A stretch of 64,000 nt of DNA from an uncultured delta proteobacterium (lineage in GTDB: Bacteria > Myxococcota_A > Polyangia > Fen-1088): assembly GCA_963755125.1 (NCBI GenBank), contig CAVWIP010000001.1:1-64000 (forward strand), read 5' to 3'. The notes under the pieces were generated by a model that was given only the letters and a program-made list of their open reading frames with translations, did no database searches and was not told where the DNA came from. Shown here one piece after another: positions 44,952 to 56,756 of the stretch. Each line of letters begins with the position of its first letter. The first letter of the stretch is position 1. The translations under genes and the position numbers were made by a program.

Positions 44952-46745
44952 ATGGCCGACCCCGTCAACACGCTCTTGCTTGAGATCGAAAACGAATGTG
45001 CGCGCCTCCCGGGCGTCGTGCTGGCCAAGGCCGCAGGGGGCGAGGCGCGTCTGGGCCGGCTCAGGGAGTTGCTGGGCCGGAATGCGCCCGCGGGTTACGC
45101 CGCGTTTGCCTTGCGTTACGATGGAGGTTGGCTTCCCGCGAGCCCGCCTCAGCTTGGGCAGGAGATGGGAGGAGAGAGGGAACTGCCGGGCGATCCCGGC
45201 CTGCGGCTGTTGTCTCTCGACGAGAGTCTGCTCCGGGCCCGCGATCCAGAACGCCCGGCGGAGCTCAAGGGACTCTGGCCGGTGGCAGAACGGGGTCCGC
45301 AGGTGTTCGCCCTGGACCTCGATGCGGCAGAAGAGGGCGAGTGCCCGGTCGTCGAGTTGGCAGGCCGCAGCGTCGACCGCGTCGGATCGAGTTTCCTGCG
45401 TTTCCTCTACGCCTGTCTGGGCGAGCTTTGGGCCGGCGAGGGCGCTGAGCCCGCAGTGGTGGCGCGCGAGCTCTGTCGGCGCGATCCAGGTCTTGCCGAG
45501 CATTGGGTCCGTCTGGTCAACCACCTGGAGGACCAAGGCAACAATATCGAGGTCGACAAGGCGCTGGCCGAGGCACTTGCTTGCGCGAGTCCACCCGGGC
45601 CTGCCTTGCTGACCGAGCTTGCATTGCGTGCGCTCGACCAAGGCGACAACCTGCGCGCGCTGGCGGCTCTGGATGATGCCATCGGGTCAGACCCGATGAC
45701 CGCGCGCGATGATGACGCGCGCTTGGACGCGGCGGCACTTTCAGTCGTGCTGGCGGCGGAGCGTGGTGACCAGGCAGGCGCGGCCCGGGCCAAAGACCTG
45801 CTGGGCGCTGCGGCGGCATCGACAGGCGCCTACTGGCGTGGTGAAGCCATGCGGGCCTACGCGGGTGGCGATCGGGTGCGGGCGGCCCTGGCCAGCAAGG
45901 TGGTGGAGGCGTTGGTCCCCGGTGACACGGACATCGCGCGCATGCGCGAATCCAGCGCCAATCTGGACACGGCGCTGCGGGCGCTCGCGGCCGCGCGCGA
46001 TTCGCTGGACCAAGGCGAGTCGGAGCAGGCTGTGCGACACGCGCGGGCTGCGGTCAACCAGCGGCCGGACCTGGCGATTTGCCATGCGGTTCTGGCCGAG
46101 GGTCTGAATGCGTGTCGCGACCGCGGCGCGCTGGATGCCGCCCGCCGCGCCAGTGAGATCAACCCAGCGTTGATCGACGGCTGGCGCGAGTTGGGAGACG
46201 CGCATCTGGAAGCGCGCCAGGCCATCCAGGCTGAAGAGGCATTTCGCGAGGCGATCAAGCGGGACGCCAGCTTCGCCACAGGCTTTGCCAAGCTGGCGCA
46301 GGCTCTGCTTGAACAGGGGCGAACCCGTGAAGCGCTCGATGCCATCCTAGGCGCCCAGGAACGCGGGGGCGATTCGTTTTTCGTGGCCGCGGTCAAGGGT
46401 GACATCCTGGCCGAGATGGAGCGCCATCACGAGGCAGCCGAAGCCTACGACCAAGCCATGCACATGGAACCCGAGGACCACTGGGTGCTGCACCAGGCGG
46501 CGCGGGAGCACAGCCGGGCGGGCCACGATGATCGGGCGGCCGAACTGTTCGAGCAGGCCCTGCGCTTCGACCGCGATGGCTGTCACCAGACTTTGATCGA
46601 CTACGGCGATCTTCTCCGCCGGGTCGGCCGCATCGGGGACGCCGTCCGCATGTATCGCAAGGCCGTGGCGGCCTGTCCCAACGACGTGGAATGGCGGCGT
46701 ACCTTGCGCGAGGCCGAGCGCGAATTGATGAGCGCGCCTAGCTAA
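44952..46745 (+). CDS. SMI1/KNR4 (SUKH)-like domain fused to TPR repeats
   Basis: N-terminal LG...PAGYAAF...YDGG...LLSLDE...FALDL...ECPVV...SSFLRFL; C-terminal 34-aa helical repeats (A..A....P......LG); upstream TTGATC-N17-TATATC. Confidence 0.75.
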   Translation: MADPVNTLLLEIENECARLPGVVLAKAAGGEARLGRLRELLGRNAPAGYAAFALRYDGGWLPASPPQLGQEMGGERELPGDPGLRLLSLDESLLRARDPERPAELKGLWPVAERGPQVFALDLDAAEEGECPVVELAGRSVDRVGSSFLRFLYACLGELWAGEGAEPAVVARELCRRDPGLAEHWVRLVNHLEDQGNNIEVDKALAEALACASPPGPALLTELALRALDQGDNLRALAALDDAIGSDPMTARDDDARLDAAALSVVLAAERGDQAGAARAKDLLGAAAASTGAYWRGEAMRAYAGGDRVRAALASKVVEALVPGDTDIARMRESSANLDTALRALAAARDSLDQGESEQAVRHARAAVNQRPDLAICHAVLAEGLNACRDRGALDAARRASEINPALIDGWRELGDAHLEARQAIQAEEAFREAIKRDASFATGFAKLAQALLEQGRTREALDAILGAQERGGDSFFVAAVKGDILAEMERHHEAAEAYDQAMHMEPEDHWVLHQAAREHSRAGHDDRAAELFEQALRFDRDGCHQTLIDYGDLLRRVGRIGDAVRMYRKAVAACPNDVEWRRTLREAERELMSAPS

Positions 46746-46755
46746 AAGATCAGTC

Positions 46756-47502
46756 TTATCCGGCGGCCGCGGAACGGTCCAGGTACCAACCCAGCTTGCC
46801 GTCCTGCACGGGCCTGATGCCCACGACGGGATGCGCGTGCAGGTCGTCGGGCGCTCGCGCGGCAGCGAGTAGCGCCGCGTGCTTGCTGGCCCCGGTGACC
46901 AGCACGCCCAGGAAACGGGCGGCGCAGAGAATGGGATAGGTCAGGGTCATGCGCGGGCGGGGAGCCAGCACGCGCTCGCCGTCGTTGAAGCGCACCCAGC
47001 GCTGGTGCTCGTCGAGCGCCGACGAATACGGAAATAGGCTGGCGGTGTGGCCATCAGAACCCATGCCCAGCACGACGGCATCGAGACGGCCGCCGGCAAG
47101 AGCCCGGCACAGATCGTCCTGGTAGCGACGATCGCCGTCGGCTAGGTCGACCGGCATGGGATGAACCCCGGCAGAGGGAATGGGCACGTGGTCGACCAGC
47201 GCGGATCGGATCATGGCGAAGTTCAATCTGGGATCGCCATCAGGCACGCAGCGCTCGTCGACCAGCCACAGGTGCGTGTGCGCCCAGTCGTTCGCGGTGT
47301 AGCGCGCATCGGTTGCCAAGAGTTGGTAGAGTCCTTGTGGGCTGGCACCGCCCGAGAGAGCCAGATGCGCGGTGCCTGCCTCCCGAATTCGCTGTTGGAG
47401 CGAGCCGACGAGATCATCGGCCAACCGTCGCGCTACGGCTTCGGCCGAGGCCTCGACCACCAGCCTGCCGCGCAGCCCGCGAAGATCGTCCTGCGCGCTC
47501 AT
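46756..47502 (-). CDS. pgl: 6-phosphogluconolactonase
   Basis: LALSGG, VDERCV, LGMGSDGHTASLFP, RMTLT; overlaps the zwf stop. Confidence 0.95.
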   Translation of the reverse strand: MSAQDDLRGLRGRLVVEASAEAVARRLADDLVGSLQQRIREAGTAHLALSGGASPQGLYQLLATDARYTANDWAHTHLWLVDERCVPDGDPRLNFAMIRSALVDHVPIPSAGVHPMPVDLADGDRRYQDDLCRALAGGRLDAVVLGMGSDGHTASLFPYSSALDEHQRWVRFNDGERVLAPRPRMTLTYPILCAARFLGVLVTGASKHAALLAAARAPDDLHAHPVVGIRPVQDGKLGWYLDRSAAAG

Positions 47503-49079
47503 GGCGGCCAGTCGAAATCGGGCGGGGCCGCCGGCTCGGTACGCGACACCGTGGTCTCCGGGTTGCGCCACGGCCCGTGCGGCGTGATCAACTCGTCGGC
47601 CGCCGCAGGTCCCCAGCTTCCCGCCGGATAGGTGACAAGACCCTCGCCCGGATGGTTGCGCCAGTGGTCGAGCACCGGCATGACAATCCGCCACGCGGCC
47701 TCAATCTCATGGCGATCCTTGTAGTGCGACTGGTTGCCGCGGATCGCTTCCAGCAAGAGTGTCGCGTAGGCCTCGAACGGCTCGGCACTGAACTGCTGGC
47801 GATAATCGAAGTCGAGCACGGCCGACTGGATGTGCAGGCCCAGGCCGGGAACCTTGCCTTCGAAGCGCAGGCTGATGCCTTCGTCGGGCTGTACATTGAC
47901 GACCAGGCGGTTGGGGCTCGGCCGGATCTCGGCGCCGTCGACGTTGCGGAACAGGTGGGGCGCGGGCTTGAAGTTGATGACGAACTGGGTGAGCTTGCGC
48001 CGCATGCGCTTGCCCGTACGCAGGAAAAAGGGCACGCCCTCCCAGCGCCAGTTGTCGATGAACAGCTTGAGTGCGGCGAAGGTGTCGCACGAACTGTCGG
48101 CCGGCACGCCCGGCTCCTCGCGATAGCCGGGCACGACCGCGCCGTCGACGGCGGCGCGGTCGTACTGGGCACGCACAGCGAAACGGGGCACATCTTCCGG
48201 GGCAATCGGTCGCACCGCTTCCAGCACATGGCGCTGCTCGCTGCGCAGGTCAGACGCGCGGAACGAGTTGGGTGGCTCCATGGCGACCACTGCCATCAGC
48301 TGCAAGAGGTGACTCTGGATCATGTCACGCATGGCCCCGGCGGAATCGTAGTAGGCCGCGCGGCTGCCCACGCCCACGGTCTCGGCTGCCGTGATCTGAA
48401 CGTGATCGATGTACATCCGGTTCCACAGCGGCTCGAACAGCAGGTTGGCGAAGCGGAAGACCAGCAGGTTCTGCACCGTCTCCTTGCCCAGGTAATGGTC
48501 GATGCGGAACACATCTTCGTCGTCGAATACACGGCCCAGCACGCGGTTCAGGTGCTCCGCGCTCTGCAGATCGCGGCCAAAAGGCTTCTCGACGATGATT
48601 CGCTGCCGGGCCGCCGGGTTGGTCTCGGCCGAGCACCAGCGCCGGATGCCCTTGTTCAGCCCGGCGGCCCCGATATTCTGAATGATACGTTGGTACAGCT
48701 CCGGTGCGACGGAGAGGTAGAACAGGGTCTCGCCGCCGGTGCCGTGAACCGTCTGCAACTGACAAAGAACCCCGGTGATGCGCGGCCATTCCTCGGCGTG
48801 CGTGGCATCGGCCGCCAGGTAGTGCAGGCGTCCGGCAAAGTCGCGCCAGAGTCCTTCGTCGAAACCGTGCCGTTCCTGGCATGTGCCTTTCATGCGCTCG
48901 CGAAACTGGTCGTCGGTAAGTGGCGTGCGGCTGATGCCGAGTACGCCCACGTGCGAGGACAGCAGCCCCGCGACGTGCAACTCGAACAATCCCGGGATGA
49001 GCTTGCGCCGTGCCAGATCGCCCGAGGCACCGAAGATGACCAACAGACACTGTCGCTCGTCCATGGCAGCGCCAAGCAT
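47499..49079 (-). CDS. zwf: glucose-6-phosphate dehydrogenase
   Basis: IFGASGDLARRKL, EKPFG, RIDHYLGKE, RWEGVPFFLRTGK. Confidence 0.97.
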   Translation of the reverse strand: MLGAAMDERQCLLVIFGASGDLARRKLIPGLFELHVAGLLSSHVGVLGISRTPLTDDQFRERMKGTCQERHGFDEGLWRDFAGRLHYLAADATHAEEWPRITGVLCQLQTVHGTGGETLFYLSVAPELYQRIIQNIGAAGLNKGIRRWCSAETNPAARQRIIVEKPFGRDLQSAEHLNRVLGRVFDDEDVFRIDHYLGKETVQNLLVFRFANLLFEPLWNRMYIDHVQITAAETVGVGSRAAYYDSAGAMRDMIQSHLLQLMAVVAMEPPNSFRASDLRSEQRHVLEAVRPIAPEDVPRFAVRAQYDRAAVDGAVVPGYREEPGVPADSSCDTFAALKLFIDNWRWEGVPFFLRTGKRMRRKLTQFVINFKPAPHLFRNVDGAEIRPSPNRLVVNVQPDEGISLRFEGKVPGLGLHIQSAVLDFDYRQQFSAEPFEAYATLLLEAIRGNQSHYKDRHEIEAAWRIVMPVLDHWRNHPGEGLVTYPAGSWGPAAADELITPHGPWRNPETTVSRTEPAAPPDFDWPP

Positions 49080-49124
49080 AGCGTCTCCCATCCCCGCGGG
49101 CGAGAGGCAACCGTAAACGGTGAT

Positions 49125-50531
49125 CTACACCCGGATCTTCTCGTCCGGTCCGGGCGCGTGCACCGTGGAGAATCCGCGTTCGGTCAACTTGGCGATCAAC
49201 GCCGTCTGGGCCGGGGGCTCGCCGTGGACCAGCAGCACCTGTCGCAGCTTGCCCTGGCTGCGCACGCCCTCGGCAAACTCGATGAGATCCTTCTGGTCGG
49301 CGTGCGCAGAAAAGCCATTGAGCACAACCACCTCGGCGGCCAGGCGTCGCATGACCCCGAAGACCTTCACCTCGCGCTGGCGCTCGACGATGCGGCGGCC
49401 GAGCGTGCTCTGCGCTTGATAGCCGACGATGAGAATGGTGTTGCGCGCATCCTCGATGCCCTCGCGCAGGTGGTGCAGGATGCGGCCCGCTTCGCACATG
49501 CCGCTGGCCGAGATCACGATGTACGGCCCGGCGCTGGCGGCCAGGGCTTTCGATTCTTCCTTGTCGGACACGTAGTGCAGGCCCTCGAAGTCGAAGGGCG
49601 AATCGCCGCTCACCAGCAAAGCGTAGGTATCCTTGTCGTAGCACTCGGGGTGCATCTTGAAGACGTCGGTGAGCTTCACGGTAAGCGGCGAGTCCACGTA
49701 CACGGGCATGGCCGGCACCTGATTGGCTTTGCGCAGGCGCTTCAGGGCGTAGACGACTTCTTGCGCCCGCTCGAGGGCGAAGGACGGGATGATGATCTTG
49801 CCCCCGCGCTTGGCGGTGCGGTTGATCGCTGCGGCCAGGGCACCGTCGACCTCCTCGATGGGCGAGTGCAGGCGGTCGCCGTAGGTGCTCTCCATGATGA
49901 GACAGTTGATCCCGCCTGGAATTTCCGGCTCGCGCAGGATGGGCAGGCCCTTGCGGCCTAGATCCACCGCGAAGGCGATGCGCGTACCGTCCTCCTCGAT
50001 GTCAAGGACCACGACCGCGCTGCCCAGCACGTGGCCGGCGTCCAAGAATTTGAGCACCACCCCGGGCGCGATCTCCTGGCCGCGCCGGTATGGCAGAGCC
50101 ACCATCTGGCCCAGAAGGGCAGTGACGTCGTCGTGATTGTAGAGCGGTACCGCCGGCTCCATGTCGAGATGTTCGCGCTCGATCAGTTTCTGGATGTGGC
50201 GGGCATCGGCTTCCTGAATCATGGCTGCGTCGAGCAGCATGGGCCCACACAGGTCACGCGTGGCCGGCGTGGCGTAGATGGGCCCGCGGTAGCCCCGCTT
50301 GGCGAGCAAGGGCAAGGCGCCCGCATGGTCGATGTGGGCGTGGGAGAGCACGACAGCGTCCAGATCGTCGATAGGGACGTGATGGGCAATGGATCGGTTC
50401 TGTTCGGCGGATTCCTTGCGGCGGCCCTGGTACAGCCCGCAGTCGAGCAGGATGGTCGCCCGCGAGGTTCGCACCACGTGCTTTGAGCCCGTCACCTGGC
50501 GGGCGGCCCCGACGCATTGGATCTCGATCAA
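49125..50531 (-). CDS. metallo-beta-lactamase / beta-CASP RNA-processing nuclease family protein
   Basis: GAARQVTGS, SHAHIDH, DAGHVLGS, MESTYG, SASGMCEAGR, FSAHAD; TTG start after AAGGAG overlapping the LOG stop. Confidence 0.9.
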   Translation of the reverse strand: MIEIQCVGAARQVTGSKHVVRTSRATILLDCGLYQGRRKESAEQNRSIAHHVPIDDLDAVVLSHAHIDHAGALPLLAKRGYRGPIYATPATRDLCGPMLLDAAMIQEADARHIQKLIEREHLDMEPAVPLYNHDDVTALLGQMVALPYRRGQEIAPGVVLKFLDAGHVLGSAVVVLDIEEDGTRIAFAVDLGRKGLPILREPEIPGGINCLIMESTYGDRLHSPIEEVDGALAAAINRTAKRGGKIIIPSFALERAQEVVYALKRLRKANQVPAMPVYVDSPLTVKLTDVFKMHPECYDKDTYALLVSGDSPFDFEGLHYVSDKEESKALAASAGPYIVISASGMCEAGRILHHLREGIEDARNTILIVGYQAQSTLGRRIVERQREVKVFGVMRRLAAEVVVLNGFSAHADQKDLIEFAEGVRSQGKLRQVLLVHGEPPAQTALIAKLTERGFSTVHAPGPDEKIRV

Positions 50532-51334
50532 TCGCCACTCCTTTGATACAGCCAAGTGCTTGCGTTACGAGAGGTGAGCGATCGCGCGAACGCGGGCGCT
50601 TGCGGTTCAGAGGCCAGGCCTTCGGTGAGCAGCCGGAGCGCGGTCTGCGGATCGTCGGCGAAGCGGAAGAGATCCAGATCGCTCTGGTTGATCATCCCGT
50701 AGCGGACCAAGGCATCGAAGTTGATGATCTCCTTCCAGTAGCTCTCGCCGAACAGGAGAACCATGATCCGGCGGTCCAGCTTGTGGGTTTGCGCCAGGGT
50801 CAGAATCTCGGACATCTCGTCCAGCGTGCCGAAGCCCCCGGGAAACACGGCAATGGCGCGCGCCATGTGGGCAAACCAAAGCTTGCGCATGAAGAAGTAG
50901 CGGAACTCGAAGGACAACTCGGGTGTCACGTAGGGGTTGGTGTGCTGTTCCTCGGGCAAACTGATGTTGAAGCCGACCGTGCGACCGCCCGCCTCGACCG
51001 CACCGCGGTTGGCGGCCTCCATGATGCCGCCGCCGCCGCCCGAGCACACCACCAAGCGTCCCCCGCCGGCGGGCTGGCTGGCGGACCAGGAGGTCAGCAG
51101 GCGCGCCAGGGTGCGGGCGTCTTCGTAGTAGCGGCCGAGCGGCCCCTTGGGGTCGAGCCGGGCCGAGCCGAAGAAGACGATGGTGCCGCCAATCCCCTGG
51201 CGCGCAAAGCGTTGCATGGGTTCGAGGTACTCGGCCAGGATGCGCAGGGGGCGCGCGTCGTCGGAGGCGATGAACTCCTCGTTCTTGTAGGCAAGGGGGT
51301 TGTGGGCCGTGGGGGGCGGTGAGGGTTCCTTCAT
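50528..51334 (-). CDS. LOG family nucleotide phosphoribohydrolase
   Basis: FFGSAR, SGGGGGIMEAANRGA, YFFMRK, FPGGFGTLDE. Confidence 0.92.
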   Translation of the reverse strand: MKEPSPPPTAHNPLAYKNEEFIASDDARPLRILAEYLEPMQRFARQGIGGTIVFFGSARLDPKGPLGRYYEDARTLARLLTSWSASQPAGGGRLVVCSGGGGGIMEAANRGAVEAGGRTVGFNISLPEEQHTNPYVTPELSFEFRYFFMRKLWFAHMARAIAVFPGGFGTLDEMSEILTLAQTHKLDRRIMVLLFGESYWKEIINFDALVRYGMINQSDLDLFRFADDPQTALRLLTEGLASEPQAPAFARSLTSRNASTWLYQRSGD

Positions 51335-51350
51335 GAGTCTCTCCGTATCA

Positions 51351-51680
51351 TCAAAAGAGATATCGGTCGACCAGCCACGCAACTAATGTTCCCGTCGCCG
51401 TACCGATGGCGTCCAAGGTCAGGTCGCGTCAGGACAAACCTCTGCCTTCGTACTGGTCGTACAACTCCTTGCCAATTCCTGCCGACAGCGCGATGCCGGC
51501 GCCCGACAGCGCCCGGACGCTGGCACGCTTGGAGAAGGCCGTCGTGTCAGCGTAGCCATTGCCGGCGAGGACGAAGCTGACGCTCAAGTGCATGATTTTG
51601 TCGCGGCCGAACCAGGGGTCAGGCTCGCCCGCGAGGAAGGCCGTCAGCCCGAGCGCGACGGCCAGCGACACACGAAACAT
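51351..51680 (-). pseudogene. YfiM/DUF2279-like membrane protein interrupted by an in-frame TGA
   Basis: DPWFGRDKIMH...GIGKELYD...GLS*RDLTLDAIGTATG: TGA at 51429-51431 sits where the family motif S-W-x-D has Trp; frame continues to the stop at 51351. Confidence 0.7.
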
Positions 51681-51869
51681 CGCGCCGCCGCCTATGGGGA
51701 AAGCGCACGACAACGGGGACTGGCAAAGTCGGGCCATCAGGGAGGCAAGCGCACGGCTTGGCACGCCGGAACCCATCATAGCGGTCTGCCGGAAAAGTAC
51801 ACCGTTCCCTTCGGTTAATTGACCCTCCCTTGTCCCCGTGTTATCGAAGGAAGACTGCTTGGGTACTCG

Positions 51870-53024
51870 ATGGGCAAGCGCATACTCGTCGCCGACGACA
51901 GCCTGACGATCCAAAAGGCATTCGCTATGGTTCTGGGCGGCCAGGACTACACTCTTTTGACCGCCCGATCCGTCGACGAGGCGCTGGTTGCTGCCAAGGG
52001 GGGACGGCCAGACCTCATCATCGCGGACGCGGTGCTGGGCAACGGTAGTGGCTACGACCTGTGTACCTCCCTAAAGGCCGATCCCGTCCTGCGCGGCGTG
52101 CCCGTGCATATTCTGGCTTCCAACCAGAACCCCTTCGACGAGGCGCGCGCCCGTCGCGCTGGCGCCGATGGTCATCTGCTCAAGCCCTTCGACAGCCAGA
52201 CGTTGCTCGACAGCGTGAGCGCGGCTTTGCTGGCTCCAGTCAGGCCCGCGCCGGTTACCGAGGCGCCCACTCGCCCCGCGCCTGCCTCGCCGTGGCCGCC
52301 GGTGGAGCGGGGCAACGTCGTGGAAGAGGTTCTCGCCCCGGAAGAGGACGAGAGCTACGGAGAGTTCACCATCGAGCGTGGCTCCGCGCCGGGCCCGGCC
52401 GCGTGGGCGGCTCGGCCCCCGAGTTGGTCAGGGGCACGGCCAGCGCCTGCCGCTTCGGCGCCGTCCAGCGCGGTACCCGCGAGCCGGCCCTCGTTGATTC
52501 CCGGTGTGTCACCGCCGGCCCCTGCCCCGCGGCCCGCGCCTCCTCTTCCCGGTGCGGCGCCCGTGCATGCGCCGGCAAGCCCCCAGCGCTCCGGCCCTCG
52601 CCCAACCATCATGGGCTTTCCGAGCGTCCCCGTCCCTGCTCAAGCCCCTGCAGCCCCGGCCGCTCCTCCGGCGGCAGCGCGGCCGCCAGCGCCCCGGCCG
52701 AGCGTCCCTCCGCCTGCTGTGCCTCGGGCCGCACCGCCTGTTCCGCTCGCGCCGCCTGCGCCGCCGCAAGCCGTCGCAACTCCGCAAGCACCAGTTCGGC
52801 GATCGGCAAGCATGGCCGCGGCCGCGCCGGCACCGATGGTGGCAGCCGTGTCCTCGGCCATCGATCAGAAGGTCGCGGCCATCGCGGCCCGCGGTCGCGA
52901 GTACGAGGCGATCGCCAAGCTTTCGCGCGAGATCATCGAGCAGGTGGTATGGGAAGTCGTACCCGAATTAGCCGAGGTGATCATCAAGCAGGAAGTCGAT
53001 CGCCTCGCCGCTGGCAAGCGGTAG
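51870..53024 (+). CDS. romR: RomR-like polarity response regulator (REC, Pro-rich linker, RomR-C)
   Basis: ADDSLTIQK receiver, long Pro/Ala linker, C-terminal SREIIEQVVWEVVPELAEVIIKQE; adjacent to valS as in Myxococcus. Confidence 0.85.
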   Translation: MGKRILVADDSLTIQKAFAMVLGGQDYTLLTARSVDEALVAAKGGRPDLIIADAVLGNGSGYDLCTSLKADPVLRGVPVHILASNQNPFDEARARRAGADGHLLKPFDSQTLLDSVSAALLAPVRPAPVTEAPTRPAPASPWPPVERGNVVEEVLAPEEDESYGEFTIERGSAPGPAAWAARPPSWSGARPAPAASAPSSAVPASRPSLIPGVSPPAPAPRPAPPLPGAAPVHAPASPQRSGPRPTIMGFPSVPVPAQAPAAPAAPPAAARPPAPRPSVPPPAVPRAAPPVPLAPPAPPQAVATPQAPVRRSASMAAAAPAPMVAAVSSAIDQKVAAIAARGREYEAIAKLSREIIEQVVWEVVPELAEVIIKQEVDRLAAGKR

Positions 53025-53158
53025 GCGGGCCCCCGGACGCCGACGGCCGGAAACGGGCCGGAAACGGAACCGGCCACCGCAGGCGTCCACCGGAAACCAG
53101 CTAGGAATTTTCGGTGGGCGGTACTACTCTCTGTCCCTTCTATCCTAAGTAGCACCCC

Positions 53159-55849
<2,691 letters not shown>

Positions 55850-55852
55850 ATC

Positions 55853-56107
55853 TTAGCTTTCCACGTAAAGCTTGAGCTGCTCGCGAACGACGTCCTCATT
55901 CAGTCCGGTGCGAAGCTGTTCCTGCAGGCAGTCGGCCAGAGTGAGCTGCATCTCCTCGACGCCGCCGTCTTGCATGACCTTGGCCAGCAAGGCGCGCGCC
56001 TCCCGGCTGTCGTCATCGCGGATGAAGTCCTTGACCATTTCGATCGTGAGCCCGCCGGAAAAGTCGAGCATCGCGTGGTCAAGGAGAAAGGCGATGAGTT
56101 GGTTCAC
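55853..56107 (-). CDS. hypothetical acidic protein (84 aa)
   Basis: GGAGG RBS, GTG start, host-like codon usage. Confidence 0.65.
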   Translation of the reverse strand: MNQLIAFLLDHAMLDFSGGLTIEMVKDFIRDDDSREARALLAKVMQDGGVEEMQLTLADCLQEQLRTGLNEDVVREQLKLYVES

Positions 56108-56379
56108 AGTGGCCTCCGGCGGGTGGTGACGATCGAGTTCTACGAAGTTCTGCTAATACCCCGAAAACGCTATGAAAATCAAGCGCGAATCGGATGTCCG
56201 TTGATGCTTTTTTTTCGACCGACCGGGCGCCGACGGATGTCATCATCCTGCGCCGCCATGGGAGCCCGCCTGGCTTGTTCAGGTGCAGTGGGGGTTGCTG
56301 GTGGAGGGCGAACGCTGCGAGTCTGCGGGCTGCTCGGATGCGGACGGGCGAGTGACCGTGCGCCAAGGCGCGCCAGGTC

Positions 56380-56408
56380 TTGACTGACTCGCGGTATTTG
56401 TCTACGGT
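56380..56408 (+). promoter_or_regulatory. sigma70-type promoter ending 6 nt before a start codon
   Basis: TTGACT-N17-TACGGT-N6-GTG(56415). Confidence 0.6.
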
Positions 56409-56414
56409 CGCACG

Positions 56415-56756
56415 GTGCCGTCCCGTCGCTGCCTTTGGGCGTTCGCGCTGGGTATTGTCGTTCCGCTGGGCTGCGGACCGGTCGAATACCTGAGTCGGGT
56501 CAGCTCGCGAGCTGCCTCCGCCTTGGCGCAAGCCCAACGAGAAGGGGCGGAGCAGAAGGCGCCCTACGAGTATGCGAAGGCGGTCGAGTACTATCACCAG
56601 GCGCGCGCGGACGCGGCCCACTCCTACTACCAGACTGCCATCGATTGGGGCCGCCGCAGCGAGGACTGTTCGCGGCGGGCGATGGCGCGTGTCAAGCAGC
56701 ACCAGCCCGCGGGTGCGACGCTACCCCGTGAGCACACAACATGCGGGGAGCCATGA
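56415..56756 (+). CDS. DUF4398-like lipoprotein
   Basis: Lipobox PLGC; GAEQKAPYEYAKAVEYY..AR helical pattern. Confidence 0.75.
   Translation: MPSRRCLWAFALGIVVPLGCGPVEYLSRVSSRAASALAQAQREGAEQKAPYEYAKAVEYYHQARADAAHSYYQTAIDWGRRSEDCSRRAMARVKQHQPAGATLPREHTTCGEP

Noticed and set aside
43683..45641. Long antisense ORFs over the transposase (115..1302, 43683..45641) and others such as 47313..49961, 9566..11371 and 26497..28215
   Set aside because: Shadow frames of high-GC genes with recognisable proteins on the opposite strand; no motifs of their own
51429..51431. Genome-wide TGA recoding (Trp or Sec)
   Set aside because: Many conserved genes here end properly at TGA (pyrH, acnA, nadC, coaD) and the position is a Trp site, not Cys
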